A DNA stretch of 64,000 bases from Octopus vulgaris (Eukaryota), in contig OX597815.1 in NCBI GenBank assembly GCA_951406725.2, forward strand, positions 17,794,001 to 17,858,000. Direction: 5' to 3'. Made by a program: the position numbers and the translations under genes. The notes beneath the pieces are model-generated. The model had not been told where the DNA came from. It did no database searches and worked only from the letters and a program-made list of their open reading frames with translations. Position 1 is the first letter of the stretch; every line of letters begins with the position of its first letter. Below, in pieces: positions 12,622 to 23,832 of the stretch.

Positions 12622-12639
12622 ACGCACACACACACACAT

Positions 12640-12685
<46 letters not shown>

Positions 12686-13036
12686 ATACACACATATATA
12701 TATGTATATACACACATATATATATGTATGTATATGTATATATATATGCATATATGCATATACACATATATATATATATATATGTATATACATATATATA
12801 TATATGTATGTATATATATATATATGCATATATGTATATACACATATATATATGTATGTATATATATGTATATATATATACTCATATGTATATATATATA
12901 TATATGTATATATATACATATATATGTATGAATATATAGACATATACATATATATATATATATATATACATATATGTATATATACATATATATGTATATA
13001 TACATATATATACATATATGTATATATACATATATA
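12622..13036. repeat. Compound (CA)/(TA) microsatellite
   Basis: Directly visible; source of the spurious YIYI ORFs. Confidence 0.97.
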
Positions 13037-14430
13037 TCATCATCGTCGTTTAAAATCCACATTCCATGCTAGTATGGTTTGGACGATTTGACTGAGGACT
13101 GCCGAACCAGATGGCTGCACCAGACTCCAATCTGATCTGGTAGAGTTTCTACAGCTGGATGCCTTTCCTAACGCCAATCACTCCGAGAGTGTAGTGGGTG
13201 CATTATCGTGCCACCGGCACGAGGGCCAGTCAGGCAGTACTGGCAACGGCCACGCTCAAATGGTGCTTTTTATGTGCCACCTGCACAGGAGTCAGTCCAG
13301 CGGCACTGGCAACGACCTCGCTTGAATGTTTTTTCACCTGCCACCAGCACAAGTGCTAGTAAGGCGACACAGGTAACGATCACGATCGAATGGTGTTTTA
13401 AACGTGCCATTGGCACTAACGCCAGCTTGTTGCTCTGGCAACAATCTCATTCGTATGGTACTCTTAGCGCTCCATTAGCACGGACGCCAGTCATCGTATT
13501 TGACTTCGACTTCACTTGCCTCAACAGGTCTTCGCAAGCAGAGTTTAGCGTCCAATTAAGGAAAGGTACGTATAAGTGAGCTGCTTACACCCCTGGCATA
13601 GGCCACAAGGTTATGGTCTCACTTGAGCTTGCTGAGTCTACTCAAGCACAGCATATTTCCAAAGGTTCCGGTCACTAGTCATTGCCTCGGTGAGGCCCAA
13701 TGTTCGAAGCTCATGCTTCACCACCTCATCCCAGGTCTTCCTGGGTCTACTTCTTCTACAGGTTCCGTCAACTGCTAGGGCGTGGCACATTTTCACACAG
13801 CTATCCACATCCGTTCTCGCCACATTACCATACCAGCACAGTTGTCTCTCTTGCACACCACATCTGATGCTTCTTAGGGCCAACCTTTCTCTCAAGGCAC
13901 TAACACTCTGTCGAGTATACACACTGACATTACACATCCATCGGAGCATGCTGGCTTCATTCCTTGCGAGCTTACGCATGTCCTCAGCAGTCACGGCCCA
14001 TGCTTCACTGCCATGTAGCATGGTTGTTCGTACACATGCGTCGTACAGTCTATCTTTTATTCTGAGCGAGAGGCCCTTTGTCACCAGCAGAGGTAAGAGC
14101 TCTCTGAACTTAGCCCAGGCTATTCTTATTCTAGCAGCTACACTTTATGTGCACCCTACCCCGCTACGGACTCGGTCACTTAGGCAACGGAAGCTATCAA
14201 CTAATTCTAGTTTTCTCCCTGGAATGTGTCAGAAGTTGTTCTCTGCAGATTTTCAGTGTTATTTATTGCTCCCGAGCATCTGCCACATACAAAAGCTATC
14301 CTCCCAGTTAGCCTTCTTTTGATATTGCTGCACCTCTTATGTGTCCATAGCTTACACTGGGTACATCTTATAGAGTTTCGACCTACGCCTTTTCTACAGA
14401 CCGAGCAGGGCCATCCACCTGAAGGGATTT
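13037..14430 (-). mobile_element. RTE-clade LINE 3' portion (RT C-terminus with PHD-like insert, repeated 3' UTR, (GAT)n tail)
   Basis: ORF 13638-14084 LYDACVRTTMLHGSEAW...MLRWMC...RPRKTW; upstream ARIRIAWAKFREL; RTE-type 3' motif ttggcgttaggaaaggcatccagc. Confidence 0.9.
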
Positions 14431-14507
14431 GTGGCTATATCTTCAATTTGAATTACAATTAAATTTAAATTTAATCGATCCAAAAACAATTCAATTTAAA
14501 AATATGG

Positions 14508-15510
14508 ACATGTATATATATATGTACATATATAAATATGAACATATATATATATATGAATATATTTATATATATGCACATATATATATGCACATATATA
14601 TATGCACATATATATATATATGAATATATATATATGCACATATATATATATATGAATATATATATATGCACATATATATATGAATATATATATATGCACA
14701 CATATATGAATATATATATATGCACACATATATATATGAATATATATATATGCACACATATATATATGAATATATATATATGCACACATATATGAATATA
14801 TATATATGCACACATATATATATGAATATATATATATGCACACATATATATATGAATATACATATGCACATATATATATATGAATATACATATGCACATA
14901 TATATATGAATATACATATGCACATATATATATATATATGTATATACATATGTACATATGTATATATATATATACATATGTACATATACATATATATATG
15001 TATATATATATATACATATGCACATATGTATATATATATATACATATGCACATATATATATATATACATATGCACATATATATATATTTATACATATGCA
15101 CATATATATATATATATACATATGCACATATATATATATATACATATGCACATATATATATATTTATACATATGCACATATATATATATACATATGCACA
15201 TATATATATATATATATATACATATATATATGCATATACACACATATATATATATATACATATATATATATATGCATATACATATATATATGCATATACA
15301 TGCATATACATATATATATATATATATGCATATACATATATATATATATGCATATACATATATATATATATGCATATACATATATATATATATATGTGCA
15401 TATACATATATATATATATATATGCATATACATATATATATATATATGTGCATATACATATATATACATATATATATGCATATACATATATATATGCATA
15501 TACATATATA
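14508..15510. repeat. ~1-kb TA-rich compound micro/minisatellite
   Basis: Units such as TATGAATATATATATATGCACA give way to TACATATGCACA and then TGCATATACA units. Confidence 0.97.
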
Positions 15511-15609
15511 TTTCTATTATTGAAAACAAGTGGATGTATTCCACCGAAACTAGGTAAATAAAACCTTCGAACAGTGATCGTCAGAAGCGACACCTACTGG
15601 TCTGGCTAC

Positions 15610-15651
15610 GCTGCATTGAAAAGGGGCAATACCCCGAAACGCGTCTGTAGC
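15610..15651 (+). ncRNA. Minimal type I hammerhead ribozyme motif (U3-A8 variant)
   Basis: Stem I GCUGCA/UGUAGC, core UUGAAAA, stem II GGGG-CAAUA-CCCC, GAAA, palindromic stem III ACGCGU, predicted cleavage after C15645 (GUC). Confidence 0.7.
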
Positions 15652-15878
15652 TGCCGGTCAAGTAGTGTGGAGCGACTGACCTCCCTTGTTCGAAGGTTAT
15701 ATGGATACAGTTTGTGTATCAAATAGCTAACTTAAGGCGATGGCCTCATGGAGCTAATAAGCGGACAGCTTTATTCTTATTTTTATAAGAATGCCATATT
15801 AGTATGGCGATAACTATTATTTTCCGGGAACGCTGCCGTTGTTCTCTTTTAGAGAGACTTAGTAATTTTAATATTTCT

Positions 15879-15881
<3 letters not shown>

Positions 15882-15921
<40 letters not shown>

Positions 15922-16030
15922 GAACATATATATGCATATACATATATATGAACATATATATGCATATACATATATATGAACATATATATGCATATACATA
16001 TATATACATATATATAATGTATATGTACAT
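15882..16030. repeat. TA-rich compound microsatellite
   Basis: Directly visible. Confidence 0.95.
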
Positions 16031-16970
16031 GAACAAGATAAGTATATCATCATTGCTTTTAGTTGTAAACATCAAATAACATCTACAATTGAAGTAAAAA
16101 GATTTCATTCAACAAATTCCTTCCCCCATTTACTTTCTAGTGGAGAAATTGATGCAATTAACAGTGTTAGAAAATATTGTACGAACAGCAACTATTAAAT
16201 AAAGAGTTGGCTTCTCATTGAATCTGTCACTTACATTTTCTATGTAATCAGATAAACCAATCACTTTCACACAAAGAGGAAAATGATGACTATATAGAAA
16301 TACCCTCGGTGAAGAAACTGATAGGTTTATAAAAAAATTATTTCCGCTGTTTTTATCTACTAACTTAAAGAAACCATTATTAAAATCAAAAGTTTAATTG
16401 CACCGTTTCATATAATTTTATCTAAGCATCAGCCAGGTAAAGTGTTTTCTTTTTCAAAGCGTTTTTCGTTTTTTTTTTTTTTTTTTTTTTTTTTTGCTTC
16501 AAAAGGCTTACACATTAAAGTACAAGGTACAATATGACAGATTCTTAGTGAGATGGTGGGATGTAATATCCTGTTCTAGAAACCTCTGTCTGACTGAACA
16601 TTAATAATTCTACTGCCCTAGCTCTACTTTCCATTCTCTCAAACACTGTCCCAATTACAATAAGGATTATGAAAGAGAGAACATGACACTTGGAATGGAT
16701 CAATATTTCAGAGTAACACAATTATATTGTACTGAAATGAAATAATAGAAAATTGAATGAATCACAAGATGTATTTCTTTACGTTCATCTTTCATCAATA
16801 GATTTTATGAAATGTGATGAAAAAGAAAGTAGAGCAGCCATTTCTTCATAGATTTTCTTATTTCTTTTCACTGTACAGTCAGTTTTTATCTAATTTTTTT
16901 TAATGCCTGATCAACAATAATATGTAAGTTTTAACTGAGATTAACATTATATTTGGGGGTGTGATAAATG

Positions 16971-17341
16971 TAGGAGTGGCTGTGTGGTAAGTAGCTTGCT
17001 TACCAGCCACATGGTTCCGGGTTCAGTCCCACTGCGTGGCACCTTGGGAAAGTGTCTTCTACTATAGCCTCGGGCCGACCAAAGCCTTGCGAGTGGATTT
17101 GGTAGACAGAAACTGAAAGAAGCCTGTCGTATATGTGCGTGTGTTTGTCCCCACAACATTGCTTGACAACTGATGCTGGTGTGTTTACATCCACGTAACT
17201 TAGCGGTTCGGCAAAAGAGACCGATAGAATAAGTACTAGGCTTACAAAGAATAAGTCCTGGGGTCGATTTGCTCGACTAAAGGCGGTGCTCCAGCATGGC
17301 CGCAGTCAAATGACTGAAACAAGTAAAAGAGCAAAAGAGTA
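16971..17341 (+). mobile_element. SINE family A, near full length
   Basis: Head, core and AAAAGAG tail present. Confidence 0.92.
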
Positions 17342-17956
17342 TACAATGCAACATACTTAACAGAATACCAGACAAAGCAAAATATAAGTCTCTCTCTCTC
17401 TCTCTCTCTCTTTTCCATTCCCTCCAGAGAACTAAAATCATTGTTTTAGAAGTAAAAGAATTATCTGAGATTTATAGTCAAAGCTGTTGAAAAGATAAAC
17501 TGTATTAGAGAAATTAAAAAAAAATACAAAATGAAGTTAAATGATTGATGGATGAATCCCTAAAGAATTATCAAATATTGATAAATAAAAAGTAAAATTA
17601 ATATAAAGGATTACAAAATTTTCTAATTTATTTTGAGTATTATCAAAGCTATCAAACAGACACACAAATAAATGTTAAAATAATAACTTAGACTAACAGT
17701 AGTTTGAAAAAATGTATTGAAATAGTAGGGAGAATTAACTAAGAACAATATTTAGTTATGAAATAATAACAATATTTGTTCTGTTACTTTTTACATTATA
17801 TCTATATTTTCAGAATAATAAGGAACATTGATATCACATGAAATTTCAGAGTTGTAGTTCTGTGGCAAATGGCTTAATGTGATTGCATGCTGTAACTGAA
17901 ATATTCACACCATATTAAGCAGTTAAAACTAACATCTCCCTTGGTATTCACTTATA

Positions 17957-18524
17957 TTGGGTTGTCCAGAAAGTTTGTGTCGATTTATAGCAGCTTACCT
18001 TTCGACTTATTTTAGAACATGGTTGAATGCATAAAATAGGATTTGATTACACCTCCATTTAGAGCACAGTTTAAGCTATCTTTTTCGTGGAAGAAGGTTT
18101 ATGTTCCTATAACCTGTGTTAATTCTGTAACCCTTTAAAATGGAAGATAAGAAAGTTCATTTTCAGTATTTGATGCTTTGGGAACCAGACAAAAATTGTT
18201 GTAGCTTGGTTGGGATGTGTTACTCCACCCTCCATATTCACTAGATATTGCTCCTTTGGATTTCCACTTATTCAGGTCTCTACAGAATAGTCTTAATGGT
18301 AAAAATTTCAATTCCTTGGATGACATAAAAAGATACCTTTGATGAATTCTTTGCCATGAAACCACCTCAATTCTGGGAAGAGGGTATGTTCAAGTTAAAG
18401 GTAAGATGGAGATGTATTATGCAACAAAATGGTTCCTATTTGGTTGATTAAAAATGTAATGGCAAGTATTTATTAACCTTTTTCTTTCCTTTAAAAATCG
18501 GCACAAACTTTCCAGACAACCCAA
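17957..18524 (+). mobile_element. Internally deleted mariner transposon
   Basis: TIRs TTGGGTTGTCCAGAAAGTTTGTG / CACAAACTTTCCAGACAACCCAA, TA TSD; start MEDKKVHF joined to LGWDVLLHPPYSLDIAPLDFHLF. Confidence 0.92.
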
Positions 18525-18999
18525 TATTTTGAAATGGTGGGACGGTGATAATGAATTATTGTTGTAATGAGATTTCCATGCTTACATGTAAGGAATGCCT
18601 TACCAAAGAAAGATTATACAATCAGCTTCCTACACATTCAAACATTGATTAGAGGACATTGCTGAGAAAACAAGGATGATCTGGTTAATGGATGATGTAG
18701 GATGTTACAGGGAAGAGCTATTACTTGTTATGGAAGATAAAGATGGATGAAGGTCAACAGTCAACTGACACAGGCAAATAACAACATGGCTGAGATGGGT
18801 CTTCTATAATATAATGCCTTTCATCTTGCTGACAGTATCTTTGTACATAACTTGTCAGTATCTTGAAACCAGCTTTCATTACTTTATCTTATGTCTTTCT
18901 TGGTTTGTCTCTTCCAGAAATTCTTCCTCCTTAGATCACCTTGCAATTCTTGACCCAAGTGAACCTCTGTCTGTATCACATGTCCATAAACTTCACAAT

Positions 19000-19545
19000 C
19001 ATCATCATCATCATCATCGTTTAACATCCGTTTTCCATGCTAGCATGGGTTGGACGGTTTGACCAGGGATCTGGGAGGCCAGAAGGCTGCACCAGGCTCC
19101 AGTCTGATCTGGCAGTGTTTCTACAGTTGGATGCCCTTCCTAATGCCAACCACTCCGAGAGTGTAGTGGGTGCTTTTTACGTCCCACTGGCACAGGTGCC
19201 AGGCGAAGCTAGCAATGGCCACGATCGGATTGGTGCTTTTTACGTGCCACCGGCACGGAAGTCAGTTTAGGCGGAGCTGGCATCGGCCATGTTTGGATGG
19301 TGCTTTTTACGTGCCACTGGCACAGGGATCACAACTGCAGTTTCCATTGATCTTTGATGTTGGTGTCCTTGACTCAATGGATCTCCTCAAGCACAGGGTC
19401 AAAACGGTGTTTCTTTACTTGCTACCTGCACAGGAGTCAGTCCAGCAGCCCTGGCAACTGCTGGGTGCCAGTCATAGGATTGGTTCAATTTCGAATTCGA
19501 TTTCAACTTCGCTTGCCTCAACAGGTCTTCGTGTGTCCAAGGAAG
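19000..19545 (-). mobile_element. RTE 3'-UTR copy (family C)
   Basis: (CAT)n followed by the same sequence as 13037-13560. Confidence 0.88.
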
Positions 19546-19559
19546 GAACTCTTATTATG

Positions 19560-20045
19560 AGTTTTACTCTCGGCACCTCTGTGCACTATCAATCATACAT
19601 ACTAATATTAGACATTCAAGGGAGCATGCTCACCTCATTCATTTCCAGCCCTTTCACACCCTCTGCAATAGGTTCTAATGTTTCATTACCCTGCTACATC
19701 ACACTTTGAACACAAATGTCACATAATCTGTTCTCTTGGAAAGAGAATTTCATTGTGTTAGCAGAAGTAATAACTCCGGGAACTTTCTCTACCCCATTCT
19801 TATTCTGGCTCCTATGTTCTTGGAACACCCATCTCTCCAATGTTAACGTATATAGGTAATAAAAATGATCAGCTATTTCTACGGGATACTTCAAATACTT
19901 GAAATAATTTATTTGATGAGTGTTTTTACTGTTAACAACTCTTCTGCATCTGCTGCATACAAAGTCCTTCTTTATCAAATTGCCTATGGCCCCAATACAC
20001 TTCTTGTGCACCCATAGTTTACAATGGGTACATTTCATATTTGTA
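19560..20045 (-). mobile_element. Older, divergent RTE RT fragment with PHD-like finger
   Basis: CTHCKLWVHKKC...FVCSRC...VEIADHFYYL, homologous to 14150-14420. Confidence 0.75.
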
Positions 20046-20064
20046 CATAAAAAAATCACTATTA

Positions 20065-20567
20065 TGCTGTGTGTGCATGAGAAGACCCGGCAGGTCAAGT
20101 GAGACCATAACCCTTGGCCTTTACCTGGGATGAGCCAGTCCACTTATGCATACCTTTCCTCCTTGGGACACAAAACTCTGCTTGCGAAGACCTGTTGAGG
20201 TAAGCGAAATCGAAATCAATCAAAAAATCAATGGAAATTGTAGTTGTGATACCAGTGCCGGTAGCACGTAAAAAGATCCATCCGAATGTGGCTGTTGCCA
20301 GCGCTGCCTCGACTGGCCTCCATGCCAGTGGCTCGTAAAAAGCACCAAACGATCGTGGCTGTTGCCAGCCTCCCCTGCCGGTGGCACGTAAAAAGCACCC
20401 ACTACACTCACAGAGTGGTTGGCGTTAGGAAGGGCATCCAGCTGTAGAAACACTGCCAGATCAGACTGGAGCTTGGTGCAGCCACCTGGCTACCCAGACC
20501 CTGGTCAAACCGTCCAACCCATGCTAGCATGGAAAACGGATGTTAAACGATGATGATGATGATGATG
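20065..20567 (+). mobile_element. RTE 3' end (family C)
   Basis: Last codons (HEKTRQ), 3' UTR and (GAT)n tail. Confidence 0.88.
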
Positions 20568-21053
20568 TATTATATTAATTTAGACTGAAGTAAATAATTC
20601 CCTAGTAAACTCAAACATTAATCTTTTCTAGGTTAACTTTCCACTCAATTCAAAGCTTTGCTTCCATTTTCAGAAATTTCTACCGTTTCTGCCAGCTCGT
20701 TGCCCTTGTGAAATAGATAAGACTTTTAGACATGGGAAATTTTGACAATGGAAGTCATGGAATCTACAATCACAAATATGGCTTCTTAAACCAAAAATTA
20801 AGTTTCCATATAAGCCATCCTATTCAAGCATGCATCTCATTCCTCACTGAAAATTGTCCTTGATTCCTTTCCTTAACTCTTACAATTTTTCCTGTAACCA
20901 CCAAACCACTTTTCCATGATTAAAACCTTTCACCATACTCTCATAAGAAGATATGGTGAAAGGTTTCATTAATAGAAAAAGGAATGGATTGAAAATGATT
21001 TGCTAAGACTGACAGTAGAATGTTAGTGTCTAATTAATATCATTATTACTGAA

Positions 21054-21450
21054 AGGCGGGGAGCTGGCAGAATCGTTAACACGCCAGGTGAAATGCATAG
21101 CCGTATTTCGTCTGCCATTACATTCTGAGCTCAAATTCCACCGAGGTTGACTTTGCCTTTCATCCTTTCGGGGGTCGATAAATCAAGTACCAATTACGCA
21201 CTGGGGTCGATGTAATTGACTTAATCCATTTGTCTGTCCTTGTTTGACCCCTCGGTGTGCAGCCCCTTGTGGGTAATAAAGAAATAGGTATTTTGTCTGT
21301 CTTTACATTCTGAATTCAAATTCTGCTGAGGTCGACTTTGCCTTTCATCTTTTTGGCATCAATAAATTAGGTACCAGTTGCGTACTGGAGTCAATCTAAT
21401 TGACTGGCTCCCTCCCCAAAAATTTCAGGCTTAGTGCCTATTGTAGAAAA
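21054..21450 (+). mobile_element. SINE family B, tandem dimer
   Basis: Full unit followed by a headless second unit starting at ggtattttgtctg. Confidence 0.85.
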
Positions 21451-21463
21451 CAAGATTTTTATT

Positions 21464-22005
21464 AGTGAGTGAGAGAGCAGTGCATGCCATTAAAGTGACA
21501 CTGGGGTTAAATATACAAAGCCCAGTATGCCCATCATGACTACCTGTCTGATAAGGATACACCAGGCATATGCATCACAACCATATGTGCATGACATGGT
21601 GATCTCATATCAAGATAAACAGTGCATGACCTTGCAGGTGGGACCCAGTTAAAATTTTCTTCAGGTCAAGTATCCCACCCCATTCAAAAGGTTCTTAAAT
21701 AAGGGTTGTTTGAGGATGTTGAACGAAACACTCATAGTTCCAAAGGTAAATTATCCAAACTCCAAAGAATTCCTCTCAACACATGGCTATGATGCTCCCC
21801 CACTACTTCTGCACATGTCAGAAATGCACTAAGGGACATGCTCAACTGGTTAAGGTCAAACAAGGGACAAGCAAATCTGTGGTATTGAGCAGAATATTTG
21901 CTGTAACCCATCTTTTATACCAAGATAAAACAATGTATATGATAACACTTCCAATCAGTTACGATAAGAAGCCATGAAAGCCACTGTCTGATACTGCATC
22001 AGGGC

Positions 22006-22006
<1 letters not shown>
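21464..22006. mobile_element. Non-coding (TAA)n-associated repeat, copy 2
   Basis: Homologous to 4382-4857 with an extra ~85 bp before (TTA)n 22007-22069. Confidence 0.8.
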
Positions 22007-22069
<63 letters not shown>

Positions 22070-22119
22070 TTTGTTGTTTCCTTTCATTATGACTTTATTT
22101 CAGCTGCCTTATTATTATC

Positions 22120-22335
22120 AAGGTGGCAAACTGGCAGAATCGTTAGCACACCATGCGAAATGCTTTGCGACATTTTGTCCGTCTTTATGTTGAGTTCAAA
22201 TTCCACTGAGGTTGAATTTATCTTTCATCCTTTCAGGGTCAACAAATTAAGTACGAGTCAGGTACTGGGATCAATCTGATCAACTTTCCCCATCTCCCAA
22301 AATTTCAGGTCTTATGCCTATAGTAGAAAGGATTA
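22120..22335 (+). mobile_element. SINE family B, diverged
   Basis: Recognisable head and core. Confidence 0.75.
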
Positions 22336-22364
22336 TAATTATTATTATTATTATTAGTATAGAC

Positions 22365-22890
22365 GTTGCACATTATACAATATCATGAGGTTGTTGACAG
22401 AAGATATTGTGTCTACCGGGGTTTTGTACTGTTTGACACAACAAGAACCTCAGACAGACAGTACTTTACGCAATATGCATGCAGTTCCAAGTAATGCTGA
22501 CTTTTGCAAGATATCTAGATTAAGTATAGGATATTTCTAAGGATTTTAGATGTTTTTTTCAGATTGGGTGGTATTGAACCCAATGCTTCGATGATAATAG
22601 GGATAAACTTTATGTTCAACTCTAGTAGCTGCCATATCTTAGCAATCCCAATTCTCAAGTCTCCATATTTATCAACTTTTTCTCTTTCTTTCATGATGTT
22701 GTGTTGATCTCCTGCACTGCTACATCAATTATTAGGCACTCTTGTTTGTCCCTCCTAAAGTTTACTATATCCAGCCTTCAGTGCTCTAATACTTTGTCTA
22801 TAAGGAAATCAAAGTCCCAGAGGATTTTTGTCTCCTTTTTCGTCCATAAACTTTTCTGGTGTATGTTGGTACCAAGTGCCCATAACCTCA
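22365..22890 (-). mobile_element. R4/Dong-like RLE LINE 3' fragment
   Basis: KILWDF...RLDIV...IIDVAV...EKVDKY...IPIIIEALG...LQKSALLGTACILRKVL; ends next to (TAA)n. Confidence 0.85.
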
Positions 22891-23114
22891 TATCCATACT
22901 TATGGCATAGTAGCCAGAGGAGTTTTTGAAGCTTGCAAGAGAGTGAACTCTGCTGAGAGTACCCAAGGACCAGCTGGTGGTGTCAAACTGGTTGACAGAC
23001 TAAGTCTATTGACTGAGTGGTGGAAGGGATTAGATCTCAAACTTCTAAGACTCAGAACAATTACCACTAGGCATCCTATCCAATAATTTAACAACTCCAC
23101 CAGTCCACTGCTCT

Positions 23115-23431
23115 TATTATTTTTATTTATGCGCCCTTTTCAAGCCTAGCCAGGCTCATGGGCCCGATTTCCTGGTTTCTATGACGTATGTGTTCCCCCC
23201 AGCTGGACGGGACGGCAGTCCATCGCAGCGTTACTCAAGAAACAGGAAGAAAGAGTGAGAGAAAGTTGGGGCAAAAGAGTACAACAGGGGTCACCACCAC
23301 CTCCTGCTGGAGCCTCATGGAGCTTTAGGTGTTTTCGCTCAGTAAGCACACACAACGCCCGGTCTGGGAATCGAAACCGCGATCCTCCGACTGTGAGTCC
23401 ACTGCCCTAGCCATTGGGCCATTGCGCCTCC
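23115..23431 (-). mobile_element. tRNA-derived SINE family D with a MetaSINE/V-like 3' domain
   Basis: A/B boxes; CTGCGATGGACTGCCGTCCCGTCCAG domain; TSD CAGTCCACTGCTCT at 23101-23114 and 23431-23444. Confidence 0.85.
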
Positions 23432-23607
23432 AGTCCACTGCTCTACAAAATTAAAATGATGAGAGGCAAATTTGATACAGCTGGATTTGAACCCAGAGTG
23501 CATGGAGCTGGAGTAAATACTGTAAGGCATTTTGTAAGGTTATTATATCATAAATACCGTTGGGTATTTTATAAGGCTAAATACTGTAAGGCTATTATGA
23601 ATATAAA

Positions 23608-23832
23608 AGATGGCAGAAACGTTAGCACGCAGGGCGAAATGCGTAGCCATATTTCGTCTGTCTTGACGTTCCAAGTTCAAATTCCGCCGAGGTCGACTTT
23701 GCCTTTCATCCTCTCGGGGTCGATAAATAAAGTACCAGTTATGCACTGGGGTCGATGTAATCGACTTAATCCATTTGTCTGTCCTTGTTTGTCCCCTCTG
23801 TGTTTAGCCCCTTGTGGGTAGTAAAGAAATAG
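23608..23832 (+). mobile_element. SINE family B
   Basis: Family match. Confidence 0.88.

Noticed and set aside
12588-15593. Long ORFs (up to 365 aa) rich in Y/I/H/M/C
   Set aside because: Translations of TA/CA microsatellites, open in several frames on both strands
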